DNA of 64,000 nucleotides from Acetobacteraceae bacterium (GTDB taxonomy: Bacteria; Pseudomonadota; Alphaproteobacteria; Acetobacterales; Acetobacteraceae). The stretch spans positions 2,042,590 through 2,106,589 of the forward strand of contig OZ241182.1 in the NCBI GenBank assembly GCA_965199595.1. The letters run 5' to 3'. The first letter of the stretch is position 1; every line of letters begins with the position of its first letter. The position numbers and the translations under genes were made by a program. The notes beneath the pieces are model-generated. The model saw nothing but the letters and a program-made list of their open reading frames with translations, made no database searches and was not told the DNA's origin. Positions 1 to 11,305 of this stretch are shown here, piece by piece.

Positions 1-1
1 C

Positions 2-322
2 GCCACGCTCTCCGCCCGGGTGGGGAGCATCGGCGATAATCGCGCAGGCGGCTGGTACGGCTACCGAGCGGCCAAGGCGGCGCTCAACCAGCTGGTGCGG
101 ACGGCGGCGATCGAGCTGAGCCGGACCCATCGCGAGTCGATCTGCGTGGCGCTGCATCCGGGGACGGTGGCCTCCGGGCTGTCGGACCCCTTCACGAAAT
201 CGGGACTCGAAATTCAGACCTCCGACGTCGCTGCAGCTCGGCTGATTAAGGTGCTGGCATCGTTGACGCCGGCTGAGACAGGCCGGTTTTTCGACCATCA
301 CGGGGCGCCGATTCCATACTAG
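2..322 (+). CDS. SDR-family short-chain dehydrogenase/reductase, C-terminal part (5' end outside window)
   Basis: Frame of ORF 20..322 stays open to the window edge. Catalytic YxxxK (YRAAKAALNQL) and HPGTV motif of classical SDRs. Confidence 0.8.
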   Translation, partial: ATLSARVGSIGDNRAGGWYGYRAAKAALNQLVRTAAIELSRTHRESICVALHPGTVASGLSDPFTKSGLEIQTSDVAAARLIKVLASLTPAETGRFFDHHGAPIPY

Positions 323-621
323 ACCTGTGGCAGATTTGCCCGGCCTCACCTCCCGGCCAGATACTAGATGTTGACGCGCCTGGTCGCCGGAACGCAATAT
401 ACGCCCACAAGCCAGCCCAACCGCTGTGTCGCAGCGCCTTGAAATCAGGGACATCAGGCAGCGCGTTGGAAGCGGCTGACCCGCCACCGGCGGCGTCAGC
501 AACATGTGGAATGTCACCGGGCGAACGGCCCAGGTGGGTGGTCCGACAGCGGGGTGGCGCAAGCCCCGGTGCTGGCCTGTGCCCGTCTGTGCCCTCGTTC
601 CCAGCAGATGGATCGAACGCG
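323..621 (+). promoter_or_regulatory. nrdAB promoter and long (~300 nt) structured leader, with two weak NrdR-box-like sites (about 361-376 and 392-407, centres ~31 bp apart)
   Basis: Non-coding gap before the conserved NrdA N-terminus. Box cores are CTAGATGTTG and CAATATACGC against the consensus CwAtATaTwG. Strong local hairpin GCTGAC-CCGCC-acc-GGCGG-c-GTCAGC at 475-500. Confidence 0.4.
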
Positions 622-3519
622 ATGTCAGTGAGCCTCAAAACCGTCGATGGTGCCTTCTCCCCGGCGAACAGTCCTGTCTCGCAGCCCAAGGCGGGAGAAC
701 CGGGGTTCCAGGTGATCCGCCGCAACGGCAGCGTGGCTTCGTTCGACGCATCGAAGATCCTGGTGGCGCTGACCAAGGCATTCCTCGCCGTGGAAGGCGG
801 TGCCGCCGTCGCCTCGCGCCGGGTGCATGACCAGGTGGCCGAACTCACCGAGCAGATCGTCGGCAGCCTGACCCGGCGCGCCGATGCCGGTCGCACCTTC
901 CACATCGAGGACGTGCAGGACCAGGTCGAGCTGGCCCTGATGCGCGGCGAGCACCACAAGGTGGCCCGCGCCTACGTGCTGTATCGCGCCGAACGCGCCA
1001 AGGAGCGGGCGAGCAAGCTGGCCAGCGCCGCGCCGGCCGCCGCCGCGGCCCCCACGCTGCGCATGAAGAAGGCGGACGGCTCCTTCGTGCCGGTGGACCT
1101 GGTGCGCCTGGCCACCGTCGTGCGCGAGGCCTGTGACGGCCTGGCCGACGTGGCCGCCGCGCCGATTCTCGCCGAGGCGCAGCGCAACCTTTACGACGGC
1201 ATCTCGGCCGACGAGCTGGCGCTCGCGCCGATCCTGGCGACGCGCACGCTGATCGAGACCGAGCCGAACTACTCCAAGGTCAGCGCGCGGCTGTTGCTGG
1301 ACAAGATGCGGGCCGAGGCGCTGGGCTGCGTTGCCGGCCGCCCGGACCAGGCGACCCAGGCCGAGATGGCCGGGCGCTATGGCGAGTATTTCCACGCCTA
1401 TATCGAGACCGGCATCCGCACCGAGCGGCTGGACCCCGAGCTGTCCCGCTTCGACCTGCCGCGCCTGGCCGCGGCACTGAAGCCCGAGCGTGACCTGCAG
1501 TTCGACTACCTCGGGCTGCAGACCCTCTATGACCGCTACTTCCTGCACGAGGGCGGCACCCGGTTCGAGCTGCCGCAGGCCTTCTTCATGCGCGTGGCCA
1601 TGGGGCTGAGCCTGCGCGAGATCGACCGCGAGGACCGGGCCATCGAGTTCTACGGCCTGCTCTCCTCCTTCGACTTCATGGCCTCCACCCCCACCCTGTT
1701 CAACGCCGGCACCCAGCGGGCGCAGCTGTCCTCGTGCTTCCTGACCACGGTGGCCGATGACCTGGACGGCATCTTCAAGGCGGTGAAGGACAATGCGCTG
1801 CTCGCCAAGTACTCCGGCGGGCTGGGCAATGACTGGACCCGGGTGCGCGGCCTGGGCGCCCACATCAAGGGCACCAACGGCGAAAGCCAGGGCGTCGTGC
1901 CGTTCCTGAAGGTCGCCAACGACACCGCCATCGCGGTGAACCAGGGCGGCAAGCGCAAGGGCGCGGTCTGCGCCTATCTGGAGACCTGGCACATCGACAT
2001 CGAGGAGTTCCTCGACCTTCGCAAGAACACCGGCGACGAGCGCCGCCGCACCCACGACATGAACACCGCCAACTGGGTGCCGGACCTGTTCATGCAACGC
2101 CTGTTCGAGGACGGCGCCTGGACCCTGTTCTCACCCGACGAGACGCCGGACCTGCACGACCTCTATGGCCCCGAGTTCCGCACCGCCTATGAGGCGCACG
2201 AGGCCCGGGCGGCGCGCGGGGAGGTGAAGGTGTTCAAGCAGGTGCGCGCCACCGAGCTGTGGCGCCGCATGCTGACCATGATCTTCGAGACCGGGCACCC
2301 CTGGGTGACGTTCAAGGACCCCTGCAACATCCGCTCGCCGCAGCGGCACGTGGGCGTGGTTCACTCGTCCAACCTGTGCACCGAGATCACGCTCAACACC
2401 TCGAACGACGAGGTCGCGGTGTGCAATCTCGGCTCCGTGAACCTCGCGGCGCATGTGACGCCCGAGGGGCTGGACCAGGCCCGGCTGTCCCGCACGGTGC
2501 AGACCGCCATGCGGATGCTGGACAACGTGATCGACATCAACTTCTACACCATCCCCGAGGCGCGGCGGTCCAACCTCAAGCACCGTCCGGTCGGGCTCGG
2601 CATCATGGGCTTCCAGGACGCGCTGCAGACGTTGCGTATCGCCTATGCTTCGGACGCCGCGGTGAAGTTTGCCGATGAAAGCATGGAGGTGATCAGCTTC
2701 AACGCCATCGAGGCCTCGGTGAACCTCGCGGCGGAGCGTGGGGCCTATCCGAGCTTTGCCGGGTCGCTGTGGTCGCGGGGCGTGCTGCCGATCGACTCCG
2801 TGGTGCTGCTGGAGGACGCGCGGGGCGGGCTTGACCTGGACCGCTCCGTGTCGCTCGACTGGAGCACGCTGCGGGAGCGGGTCAGGACGGTGGGGATGCG
2901 CAACTCCAACACCATGGCAATCGCGCCGACCGCAACCATCTCCAATATCTGCGGCGTGTCGCAGTCGATCGAGCCGGCGTATCAGAACCTCTATGTCAAG
3001 TCCAACATGTCCGGCGATTTCACCGTCGTGAACGCGGCCCTGGTGCGGGACCTCAAGGCGCGTGGGCTGTGGGACGAGGTAATGGTGTCCGACCTCAAGT
3101 ATTTCGACGGCGGCGTGGCCGAGATCGGGCGCATCCCGGACGACCTGAAGGCGCTGTATGCGACGGCGTTCGAGATCGACTCCGCCTGGCTGATCGAGGC
3201 CGCGGCGCGGCGGCAGAAGTGGATCGATCAGGCCCAGTCGCTCAACCTCTATATCGCCAACCCCTCGGGCAAGAAGCTGGATGCGCTGTATCGCCTCGCC
3301 TGGCAGCGTGGGCTGAAAACCACCTATTATCTGCGTTCACGCTCCGCCTCCCATGTGGAGAAGTCCACGGTGAAGAAGACGGACGGCAAGCTGAACGCCG
3401 TCTCGGTAGCGCCCGCCCCGGCCTTGAAGGTGGTGCCGGCTTCTGAGCCGCAGATGGAAGGCCAAGCCTGGGGCCAGGCCTGCTCGATCGACGACCCGAC
3501 CTGCGAAGCCTGCCAGTAA
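622..3519 (+). CDS. nrdA: Ribonucleoside-diphosphate reductase alpha subunit (class I)
   Basis: ATP-cone ([16 protein letters not shown]...ARAYVLYR), active-site SSNLCTEI, C-terminal CEAC redox tail. ATG 622 (MSVSLKTV) is preferred over ORF-track start 439, whose extra 61 aa are low-complexity. Confidence 0.95.
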   Translation: MSVSLKTVDGAFSPANSPVSQPKAGEPGFQVIRRNGSVASFDASKILVALTKAFLAVEGGAAVASRRVHDQVAELTEQIVGSLTRRADAGRTFHIEDVQDQVELALMRGEHHKVARAYVLYRAERAKERASKLASAAPAAAAAPTLRMKKADGSFVPVDLVRLATVVREACDGLADVAAAPILAEAQRNLYDGISADELALAPILATRTLIETEPNYSKVSARLLLDKMRAEALGCVAGRPDQATQAEMAGRYGEYFHAYIETGIRTERLDPELSRFDLPRLAAALKPERDLQFDYLGLQTLYDRYFLHEGGTRFELPQAFFMRVAMGLSLREIDREDRAIEFYGLLSSFDFMASTPTLFNAGTQRAQLSSCFLTTVADDLDGIFKAVKDNALLAKYSGGLGNDWTRVRGLGAHIKGTNGESQGVVPFLKVANDTAIAVNQGGKRKGAVCAYLETWHIDIEEFLDLRKNTGDERRRTHDMNTANWVPDLFMQRLFEDGAWTLFSPDETPDLHDLYGPEFRTAYEAHEARAARGEVKVFKQVRATELWRRMLTMIFETGHPWVTFKDPCNIRSPQRHVGVVHSSNLCTEITLNTSNDEVAVCNLGSVNLAAHVTPEGLDQARLSRTVQTAMRMLDNVIDINFYTIPEARRSNLKHRPVGLGIMGFQDALQTLRIAYASDAAVKFADESMEVISFNAIEASVNLAAERGAYPSFAGSLWSRGVLPIDSVVLLEDARGGLDLDRSVSLDWSTLRERVRTVGMRNSNTMAIAPTATISNICGVSQSIEPAYQNLYVKSNMSGDFTVVNAALVRDLKARGLWDEVMVSDLKYFDGGVAEIGRIPDDLKALYATAFEIDSAWLIEAAARRQKWIDQAQSLNLYIANPSGKKLDALYRLAWQRGLKTTYYLRSRSASHVEKSTVKKTDGKLNAVSVAPAPALKVVPASEPQMEGQAWGQACSIDDPTCEACQ

Positions 3520-3547
3520 TCGACCAGACAGAGAGTTGGAGAACACC

Positions 3548-4648
3548 ATGACGATGCTCGACTGGTCCGATAGCGAGACCGACACCACCGTGACGACCTC
3601 TTTCGAGGGTACCGCCCCCGTCAGCACCGCTGGCCGGGTCTCGGTGGACGAGAAGGCGATGATCAACTGCCGGGCCGACGTGAACCAGCTGCTGCCGCTG
3701 AAGTATCGCTGGGCGTGGGACAAGTACCTCGCCGCCTGCAACAACCACTGGATGCCGACCGAGGTCTCGATGCAGGCCGACATCGCGTTGTGGAAGTCGC
3801 GCGACGGGCTGACGGAGGATGAGCGCCGGGCCATCAAGCGCAACCTGGGGTTCTTCGCGGCCTCCGAGAGCCTGGTCGCCAACAACATCGTGCTGGCGAT
3901 CTACCGGCACCTGACCAACCCCGAATGCCGCCAGTACCTGCTGCGTCAGGCCTTCGAGGAGGCGGTGCACACGCACACCTTCCAGTACATCGTGGAGAGC
4001 CTGGGTCTCGATGAGGGCGAGCTGTTCAACATGTATCGCGAGGTGCCGTCCATCACCGCCAAGGCCGCCTGGGCGCTGAAGTTCACCCAGACGCTGGACG
4101 ACCCCACCTTCCAGACCGGCACGCCCGAGGCGGACCAGGCGCTGCTGCGCGCGCTGATCGCGTTCTACGTGATCTTCGAGGGCATGTGGTTCTACACCGG
4201 CTTCGCGCAGATCCTGTCGCTGGGCCGGCGCAACAAGATGGTGGGGATCGCCGAGCAGTACCAGTACATCCTGCGCGACGAGAGCCTGCACCTGAACTTC
4301 GGCATCGACGTGATCAACTCGATCAAGGCCGAGAACCCGCAGCTGTGGACGCCCGCCTTCCAGGAGGAGGTGAGCGGCATGGTGCGCCAGGCCGCCGAGC
4401 TGGAGGCCGCCTATGGCCGCGACACCATGCCGCGCGGCTTCCTGGGGCTGAACGCGGCGCTGTGCGAGGAATACATGCACTTCATCGCCAACCGCCGATG
4501 TGCCCAGATCGGGCTGCAGCCGGTGTTCGGCGAGGCGACCAACCCGTTCCCGTGGATGTCCGAGGCCATGGACCTCAAGAAGGAGAAGAACTTCTTCGAG
4601 AGCCGGGTGATCGAATACCAGAACGGCGGCGCTCTCACCTGGGAGTAG
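3548..4648 (+). CDS. nrdB: Ribonucleoside-diphosphate reductase beta subunit
   Basis: Di-iron ExxH motifs (EEAVHTH, DESLHLN). It follows nrdA by ~30 nt. ATG 3548 has GGAGAA upstream; the alternative start is TTG 3536. Confidence 0.95.
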   Translation: MTMLDWSDSETDTTVTTSFEGTAPVSTAGRVSVDEKAMINCRADVNQLLPLKYRWAWDKYLAACNNHWMPTEVSMQADIALWKSRDGLTEDERRAIKRNLGFFAASESLVANNIVLAIYRHLTNPECRQYLLRQAFEEAVHTHTFQYIVESLGLDEGELFNMYREVPSITAKAAWALKFTQTLDDPTFQTGTPEADQALLRALIAFYVIFEGMWFYTGFAQILSLGRRNKMVGIAEQYQYILRDESLHLNFGIDVINSIKAENPQLWTPAFQEEVSGMVRQAAELEAAYGRDTMPRGFLGLNAALCEEYMHFIANRRCAQIGLQPVFGEATNPFPWMSEAMDLKKEKNFFESRVIEYQNGGALTWE

Positions 4649-4654
4649 CGGCCT

Positions 4655-4682
4655 GGCCCGGCATGGAACGTCGTGCCGGGCC
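4655..4682. terminator. Stem-loop after nrdB (9-bp stem GGCCCGGCA / TGCCGGGCC, 10-nt loop) followed by TTCTGT
   Basis: Perfect inverted repeat read directly, 7 nt after the nrdB stop. Confidence 0.6.
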
Positions 4683-4687
4683 TTCTG

Positions 4688-4985
4688 TCATGCAGCCAGG
4701 AACGCTGCGGCGGTGCGCAGGCTGAGCGCCATGATGGTAAGTGCGGGATTGGCGGGCATGGCGCTCGGGAACACCAAATTATCGCAGATGAACAGGCGTG
4801 CTCCCAGCCCCGACCTGGTCCGTCCAGTCCTCCCGGCTGCCATGCTGCAGCCAGGCCACCCCTGCGGCGCGGCTGGCACGCAGCACGCCGGTCACCACCA
4901 TCTCGTTCACGGCGGGATCGAGCGGGGCGCCGATGTTGCCGTCGGTATAGACCTGCGCCTGCTGGTTGCACTCGGCTGGACTGAG
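4688..4985 (-). pseudogene. C-terminal remnant of a GMC-family (gluconate-2-dehydrogenase-like) flavoprotein oxidoreductase, frameshifted, N-terminal ~450 aa absent
   Basis: RLFICDNLVFPSAMPANPALTIMALSLRTAAAFLAA matches the conserved GMC C-terminal motif (NLfv.D.SvFPt...NPtLTI.ALa.R.A). An upstream DPAVNE..VV piece lies in another frame. Confidence 0.45.
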
Positions 4986-5986
4986 TAGCCTGGCCGGTCC
5001 GCGGCATCGCCGAACCCGGGAAGGGGCGGCGGCGAAGCGCACCGCGCCGGCCGCGTTCAGCCCGGCGATACGGCCCAGCGCAGCAGCCACCACCAGGTTC
5101 ACCGCCGTCATGCCGGCGACCCCCAGCAGAATGGTGCGCGGCTCCGTCAGCCCCGGCCCCAGCTGCGCCTCCATGCCGACCGACATGAAGAAGAGGCCGA
5201 GCAGCAGGCCCTCGAACGGCTCGATATCCGCCTGCAGCTCGTGCCGGTATTCGGAGCCGGAGAGCAGCACCCCGGCGAGGAACGCGCCCAGCGACATGGA
5301 CAGGCCAGCCTGGTCCGCCACGAAGGCGGTGATGACCACGATCAGCAGGGCGGTGCCGGTGAACACCTCCGGCATGCGGGCGCCGCCGATGGCGCGGAAC
5401 ACCACCGGCACCAGGAAACGGCCGGCGAGCAGGATGCCGCCTACCGCTCCCACCGCCTGCAGCACCGCGCGCCACGGCACCGCATGCGAACCCGCCACCG
5501 CACCAGGGCCACCAGCGGGATGAAGGCGAGGTCCTGGAACAGCAGCACGGCGAAGGCGTGGCGCCCGGCCGGGCTGGCCAGCAGCTTCCGATCCGCCAGC
5601 ATGGGCAACACGATGGCGGTGGAGGAGAGGGCGAGACCCAGGCCGATGACGACAGCGCCGGGCCAGGCGAGGCCGACCAGATGCACGGCCAGCGCGATGC
5701 CCGCGGCGCTGACCACCACCTGCGCCGCACCCAGGCCGAACACCGTGCGCCGCATCACCCACAGCCGCTCCGGCCGCACCTCCAGCCCGATCAGGAACAG
5801 CAGCATGACCACGCCGAGTTCCGAGACCTGGGCGATCTGCCCGACATCGGTGACCAGGCGCAGCCCCAATGGCCCGATGACGGCCCCGGCCACCAGGTAG
5901 CCCAGCACGCTGCCGAAGCCGAGGCGGCGGGAGATCGGCACCGCGATCACGCTGGCGAGCAACAGGGCGACGAGCGTGGTGATCAT
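4986..5986 (-). pseudogene. Kef-type monovalent cation:proton antiporter (CPA2), frameshifted and lacking the last TM segments and the RCK/KTN domain
   Basis: The N-terminus MITTLVALLLASVIAVPISRRLGFGSVLGYLVAG...LLFQDLAFIPLVALV (frame of ORF 5441..6253) continues in the frame of ORF 4779..6062 (GAFLAGVLLSGSEYRHELQADIEPFEGLLLGLFFMSVGM). The frame switches near 5470-5510, and similarity ends near 4990. Confidence 0.7.
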
Positions 5987-6077
5987 GCGGTAGCGTCGCG
6001 GCCGGGTCACCGGAGCGCAAGGGCCGTCTGTGCAGCCACGGCTTTTCACGCTGCGCCGCCATCGCCTATACAACGGT

Positions 6078-7913
6078 GTGGCGCACGAACCCCAAAGCCT
6101 GCTCGACATCTCCGGCCTCACGGTCCAGTTCCCGGGCGATCGCGGGCCGTTCACGGCCGTCAGCGGCCTGGACCTGAGCATCGTGGAGGGGGAGACCCTG
6201 GCCGTGGTGGGCGAGTCCGGGTCCGGCAAGTCGGTCACCGCGCTCGCGATCACCCGGCTGCTCGACTATTCCGGCGGGCGGATCACCGCGGGGTGCATCG
6301 GGTTCCGCGACCGCGCCGGGCAGCTGCGGGACCTGGTGCAGGAAACCCCGGCCGCCATGCGCCGCCTGCGCGGGCCCGAGATCGCCATGGTGTTCCAGGA
6401 GCCGATGACCTCGCTGAACCCGGTGCTGCGCATCGGCGAGCAGATCGCGGAGGCGGTGCAGCAGCACCAGGGCCTCGGCCGCGGCGCCGCCATGGCGGAG
6501 GCGCAGCGGCTGCTGGACCGGGTGCGCATCGCCGAGTCCGCGCGGCAGCTGACGCGCTACCCGTTCCAGCTCTCGGGCGGGATGCGGCAGCGGGTGATGA
6601 TCGCGATGGCGCTGTCCTGCCGCCCGCGCCTGCTGATCGCCGATGAGCCGACCACGGCGCTGGACGTGACGGTGCAGGCGCAGGTGCTGCGGCTGATGCG
6701 CAGCCTGCAAGCCGAGATGGGCATGGCACTGCTGTTCATCACCCACGACATGGGCGTGGTGGCGGAGATCGCCGACCGCGTGGTGGTGATGCGGCGCGGC
6801 GAGGTGGTGGAGGCCGGTGCCGTCACCGACATTTTCGAAAACCCGCAGCAGCCTTACACGCGGACCCTGCTGGCCGCCGTGCCGGTGCTCGGCGCGCTTT
6901 CGGGCCAGGACCTGCCATCGCCGTTCCCGGCCGCACCCGGCGACGGGCTGGTCACGCAGGACACGGTGCAGCACGCCGCCGCCCCGGTGTTGAGCGTGAA
7001 GGACATGGTCACCCGGTTCGACGTGCGGCGCGGCGCGCTGGGCCGGCTGGCGGGGCGCATCCATGCCGTGGAGCATGTGAGCCTCGAGATCCAGCCTGGC
7101 GAGACGCTGGGGCTGGTGGGCGAATCCGGCTGCGGCAAGTCCTCCATGGGCCGCAGCATCATCCGGCTGGAACAGCCGCAGGAAGGTCAGATCCGCTTCG
7201 ACGGCGCGGACGTGACCCGGCTCGACGGCCGCAACGAGCCGGCGCTTCGCCGCGGCGTGCAGTATATCTTCCAGGACCCCTTCGCCTCGCTGGACCCGCG
7301 GCTCACGGTCGGCTTCTCCATCGCCGAGCCGATCCGCACCCACGCGCTGATGGCCGGTCGGGCGGTGGAGGCGCGGGTGGCGGAGCTGCTGACGCAGGTG
7401 GGTCTGCCGCCAAGCCATATCAGCCGGTACCCGCATGAATTGTCGGGCGGGCAGCGGCAGCGCGTGTGCATCGCCCGCGCGCTGGCCAGCGAGCCGCGGC
7501 TGATCATCGCGGACGAGGCGGTGGCGGCGCTGGACGTGTCGATCCGGGCGCAGGTGGTGAACCTGCTGATGGAGCTGCAGCGCAGCCGGGGCCTGGCCTA
7601 TCTGTTCATCAGCCACGACATGGCGGTGGTGGAGCGCGTGGCGCACCGGGTGGCGGTCATGTATCTGGGACAGATCGTGGAGATCGGGCCGCGCCGGGCC
7701 GTAATGTCGGACCCGCAGCACGCCTACACCCGCCGCCTGCTGGCCGCCGTGCCGGTGCCGGACCCGCGGCGGCGGCTGGACGAGACCAGGCTGGACGACA
7801 GCGAGATCCCGTCCGCCCTGCGCCGCCCGGACCAACCCCCAACCGTGGCGCCGCTGGTTCAGGTCGGGCCGCGGCATTTCGTCGCCCGCCACAGCGTGGG
7901 CGGAATCTACTAG
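6078..7913 (+). CDS. Fused double-ATPase subunit of a peptide/glutathione ABC importer (GsiA-like)
   Basis: Two ABC cassettes: GESGSGKS...LSGGMRQR and GESGCGKS...[11 protein letters not shown] 6078 ([14 protein letters not shown]) is preferred over ORF-track GTG 6030. Confidence 0.9.
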   Translation: MAHEPQSLLDISGLTVQFPGDRGPFTAVSGLDLSIVEGETLAVVGESGSGKSVTALAITRLLDYSGGRITAGCIGFRDRAGQLRDLVQETPAAMRRLRGPEIAMVFQEPMTSLNPVLRIGEQIAEAVQQHQGLGRGAAMAEAQRLLDRVRIAESARQLTRYPFQLSGGMRQRVMIAMALSCRPRLLIADEPTTALDVTVQAQVLRLMRSLQAEMGMALLFITHDMGVVAEIADRVVVMRRGEVVEAGAVTDIFENPQQPYTRTLLAAVPVLGALSGQDLPSPFPAAPGDGLVTQDTVQHAAAPVLSVKDMVTRFDVRRGALGRLAGRIHAVEHVSLEIQPGETLGLVGESGCGKSSMGRSIIRLEQPQEGQIRFDGADVTRLDGRNEPALRRGVQYIFQDPFASLDPRLTVGFSIAEPIRTHALMAGRAVEARVAELLTQVGLPPSHISRYPHELSGGQRQRVCIARALASEPRLIIADEAVAALDVSIRAQVVNLLMELQRSRGLAYLFISHDMAVVERVAHRVAVMYLGQIVEIGPRRAVMSDPQHAYTRRLLAAVPVPDPRRRLDETRLDDSEIPSALRRPDQPPTVAPLVQVGPRHFVARHSVGGIY

Positions 7914-7931
7914 AAAGAAGGAGTTGCCCTG

Positions 7932-9503
7932 ATGCGTGAACCCAACCTCTCCCGCCGCTTCCTGCTTGGCACCACAGCCACCCTGGCGCTCACCGCCGCC
8001 CTGCCTGCCATGCTGGCGCCCACCCCGGCCCAGGCCGCGAACCTCACGGACCTTACGGTCGGCGTGCCCACCAACCTCACGGGCCTCGACCCGGCGGATG
8101 TCAACGACACGCTGTCGCAATCCGCCTGCAAGCTGATGTTGCAGGGGCTGTACGGCTTCGACAAGGACATGAAGCTGGTCCCGGTGCTGGCCGAGAGCTA
8201 CACCGCCAATGACGGCGCCACCGAGTTCACCTTCAAGCTGCGCACCGGCATCGCCTTCCACGACGGCACGCCATTCAACGCCGAGGCGGTGCGCGCCAAC
8301 TTCCTGCGCGTGCTGGACCCGGCCAACCACCTGAAGCGCACCAGCCTGTATTCCATGATCGACCAGGTGCTCGCCACCGATCCCACCACCGTCACCTTCA
8401 AGCTCAAGACGCCGTTCGGTGCCTTCGTGCCCACCATCGCCCACCCGGCCGGCATGCTGGTCAGCCCGGCGGCGATCCAGAAGTTCGGCAAGGAGATCAC
8501 CCGCAACCCCGTCGGTACCGGCCCCTTCAAGTTCGTCAGCTGGAGTGCGGACACGCTGAAGGTCACGAAGAACGACCAGTACTGGAGGCCGGGCTGGCCC
8601 AAGCTGAACACCGTCACCTTCCGCAGCGTGCCGGAGAACGGCGCCCGCATCGCCATGCTGCAGACCGGTGAGGCGCAGTTCATCTATCCGATGCCGCCCG
8701 AGATGATCAAAGCGGTGCAGGCCAATGCGGACATCACGCTGATCGACGCGCCCTCAATCATCGAGCGGTACGTGGCGCTGAACGTGACGAAGAAGCCGTT
8801 CGACGACCTGCGGGTGCGCCAGGCGCTGAACTACGCCGTGGACAAGGTCGCATACGGCAAGATCGTCTGGTCGGGCTATGAGGATCTGCCGGACTCGCCC
8901 ATCCCGCCGAAGCTCGGCTTCTACGTGAAGCAGGGCAACTGGCCGCAGGACGTGGCGAAGGCGAAGGCGCTGCTGGCCGAAGCCGGGTATCCCAACGGCT
9001 TCGAGACCGAGGTATGGGCCAACACCACCACCATCCAGGTGCGCACCATGCAGTTCCTGCAGCAGCAGATGGCGGCCATCGGCGTGAAGCTGACGGTGAC
9101 GCCGCTGGAAGCCGGGTTGCTGGACCAGAAGATCTGGTCCGTGCAGAAGCCCGAGGACAGCCAGCTGAAGATGTACACCGGCGCCTGGTCTTCCTCCACC
9201 GGCGATGCCGACTGGGGCCTGCGTCCGCTGTTCTGGGGCCAGGGCTTCCCGCCCAAGCTCTACAATGTCGGCTACTACCACAACCCGGAGCTTGACCAGA
9301 CACTGGAAGCGGCGCTGGCCACCGCGGACAGCAGCAAGCGCGCCGGGCTGTATGCCACGGCGCAGTCGCTGATCTGGAAGGATGCGCCCTGGATCTTCCT
9401 GGGCGTGGACCACATCCTGGCGGCACACTCCAAGAAGCTCTCGGGCGTGTATCAGATCCCGGATGGCGGCCTGCTGATCGACGAAGGCTCGTTCACGGCC
9501 TGA
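7932..9503 (+). CDS. Family-5 (peptide/nickel/glutathione) ABC substrate-binding protein with Tat-type signal
   Basis: SRRFLLGTTATLALTAALP...AQA signal, GAAGGAG SD upstream, typical GsiB/DppA-length protein. Confidence 0.9.
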   Translation: MREPNLSRRFLLGTTATLALTAALPAMLAPTPAQAANLTDLTVGVPTNLTGLDPADVNDTLSQSACKLMLQGLYGFDKDMKLVPVLAESYTANDGATEFTFKLRTGIAFHDGTPFNAEAVRANFLRVLDPANHLKRTSLYSMIDQVLATDPTTVTFKLKTPFGAFVPTIAHPAGMLVSPAAIQKFGKEITRNPVGTGPFKFVSWSADTLKVTKNDQYWRPGWPKLNTVTFRSVPENGARIAMLQTGEAQFIYPMPPEMIKAVQANADITLIDAPSIIERYVALNVTKKPFDDLRVRQALNYAVDKVAYGKIVWSGYEDLPDSPIPPKLGFYVKQGNWPQDVAKAKALLAEAGYPNGFETEVWANTTTIQVRTMQFLQQQMAAIGVKLTVTPLEAGLLDQKIWSVQKPEDSQLKMYTGAWSSSTGDADWGLRPLFWGQGFPPKLYNVGYYHNPELDQTLEAALATADSSKRAGLYATAQSLIWKDAPWIFLGVDHILAAHSKKLSGVYQIPDGGLLIDEGSFTA

Positions 9504-9506
9504 TCC

Positions 9507-10427
9507 ATGTTCGGCTACTTCCTGCGCCGGTTGGCCGGCACCGTCCCTGTCCTGGTGGCGGTGTCGATCTTCGTCTTCGGCTTCGTGCACCTGCTGCCCG
9601 GCGACCCGGCGCGGCTCGTGGCAGGCGCCGATGCCTCGATGCAGGATGTGGAGAGCGTGCGGCAGTCACTCGGGCTCGACCAGCCCCTGTGGCGCCAGTA
9701 CGTGCGCTATGTCGATCAGATGGTGCATGGCGAACTCGGCCGTTCCAGCCGCACCAAGCAGACGGTCGCGACCGAGATCGGCGACCGCTTCATGCCGACG
9801 CTGTGGCTCACAATCGTCGCCATGGCGTGGTCGACGGTGGTAGGCGCGGCGATCGGCGTCATGTCCGGCGTGCGGCGCGGCAGGTGGGTGGACCAGGCGG
9901 GGATGGTGCTGGCGGTGTCCGGCATCTCCTTCCCGGCCTTCTGGCTGGGGCTGCTGCTGATCGACGTGTTCGCGGTACGGCTGCGTCTGCTGCCCAGCGG
10001 CGGCTACGGCACCTGGCAGCATTTCGTGCTGCCGGCCTTCACGCTGGGCCTGGGCGTCGCTGCGGTGCTGGCGCGCTTCACCCGCTCCGCCTTCGTGGAG
10101 GTGGCGTCCGAGGACTACGTGCGGACGGCGCGGGCCAAGGGGTTGCCGGAGCGCCGGGTCATCGGCACGCATACGCTGCGGAATGCGCTGATCCCGGTGA
10201 TCACCATGACCGGGCTGCAGTTCGGCTTCCTGCTGGGCGGCGCCGTGGTGGTCGAGACCGTGTTCTCCTGGCCCGGTCTGGGCCGGCTGCTGGTGGATAG
10301 CGTCTCCTATCGCGACTATCCGGTGATCCAGGCCGAGATCATGCTGTTCTCGCTGGAGTTCATCCTGATCAACCTGGCTGTCGACCTGCTGTATGCCGCG
10401 GTGAACCCGGAGATCCGGCTGCAATGA
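9507..10427 (+). CDS. ABC permease (GsiC/DppB-like)
   Basis: 306-aa polytopic protein in the operon, with the N-terminal [10 protein letters not shown] style of DppB-family permeases. Confidence 0.9.
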   Translation: MFGYFLRRLAGTVPVLVAVSIFVFGFVHLLPGDPARLVAGADASMQDVESVRQSLGLDQPLWRQYVRYVDQMVHGELGRSSRTKQTVATEIGDRFMPTLWLTIVAMAWSTVVGAAIGVMSGVRRGRWVDQAGMVLAVSGISFPAFWLGLLLIDVFAVRLRLLPSGGYGTWQHFVLPAFTLGLGVAAVLARFTRSAFVEVASEDYVRTARAKGLPERRVIGTHTLRNALIPVITMTGLQFGFLLGGAVVVETVFSWPGLGRLLVDSVSYRDYPVIQAEIMLFSLEFILINLAVDLLYAAVNPEIRLQ

Positions 10428-11305
10428 GCCCCGCTGCAATGACTGACGTGACAATCCCGCAACGCATCGATTCTCCGCTGGCGGAGTTCTGGCGCCGGTT
10501 CCGCCGCAAGCGGCTGGCGCTGTTCGCCGGGCTGGTGATCGTCCTGATCGTGCTCGCCGCACTCTGCGCGCCCTTCGTCGCCCCGTATGACCCGGCGGCG
10601 CCCGACTACGACAACGTCCTCACCGGCCCCTCCGCCGCACATTGGTTCGGCACGGATTCCTACGGGCGCGACCTGCTCAGCCGCATCATCTGGGGCGCGC
10701 AGATCTCGCTTTCGGTGGGGTTCATCTCCGTGGTGGTGGGCGGCGTGGCCGGCGTGACGCTTGGCCTGGTCAGCGGCTTCTTCGGCGGCTGGGTGGACAG
10801 CGCGATCATGCGGCTGTGCGACGTGCTGCTGGCCTTCCCGGGGCTGGTGCTGGCGATCGGCGTGGTGGCGGTGCTGGGGCCGGGGGTGTCGAACGTCATC
10901 TGGGCGACGGCGGTGTTCAGCGTGCCGGTGTTCGCGCGCCTGGTGCGCGGTGACACGCTGGCGCTGAAGCGCAGCGTCTATGTGCAGGCGGCGCGTTCCA
11001 TCGGCGTGTCGCGGTTCCGGCAGATGTTCACGCATATCCTGCCGGGCACGCTGCCCGGGGTGATCGTCAACGTTTCGCTGCGGCTGGGCAACAACATCCT
11101 GGTGGCGGCCAGCCTGTCGTTCCTGGGCCTGGGCGCACAGCCGCCCAGCCCGGAATGGGGCGCCATGCTGGCGGATGGCCGAAGTTACCTTGGCGTTGCG
11201 GATCAGTTGACGCTGTTCCCCGGGCTGGCGATCTTCGTGGTCGTGCTGGCCTTCAACATCCTGGGCGACGGTCTGCGCGACGCCCTCAACCAGAAGCTGC
11301 GATGA
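10424..11305 (+). CDS. ABC permease (GsiD/DppC-like)
   Basis: ATGA overlap with the preceding permease. The [19 protein letters not shown] motif is typical of DppC-family permeases. Confidence 0.9.
   Translation: MSPAAMTDVTIPQRIDSPLAEFWRRFRRKRLALFAGLVIVLIVLAALCAPFVAPYDPAAPDYDNVLTGPSAAHWFGTDSYGRDLLSRIIWGAQISLSVGFISVVVGGVAGVTLGLVSGFFGGWVDSAIMRLCDVLLAFPGLVLAIGVVAVLGPGVSNVIWATAVFSVPVFARLVRGDTLALKRSVYVQAARSIGVSRFRQMFTHILPGTLPGVIVNVSLRLGNNILVAASLSFLGLGAQPPSPEWGAMLADGRSYLGVADQLTLFPGLAIFVVVLAFNILGDGLRDALNQKLR

Noticed and set aside
439-621. A 61-aa N-terminal extension of NrdA, from the ORF-track start at 439.
   Set aside because: The extension is Pro/Ala/Gly/Ser-rich with no ATP-cone similarity. 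Conserved NrdA sequence begins right after ATG 622, so the region is better read as leader RNA.
6066-8444. Very long antisense or alternate-frame ORFs: 6066..8444 (792 aa), 16144..17880, 21979..24657 (892 aa), 27337..30372 (1011 aa), 36168..38093, 38183..40072, 625..2097, 3242..4480, 4411..5730.
   Set aside because: Their translations are Arg/Gly/Ala/Pro/His-rich low-complexity strings with no motifs. Each lies opposite or out of frame to a gene with clear family signatures. This is the usual stop-codon depletion of high-G+C DNA.
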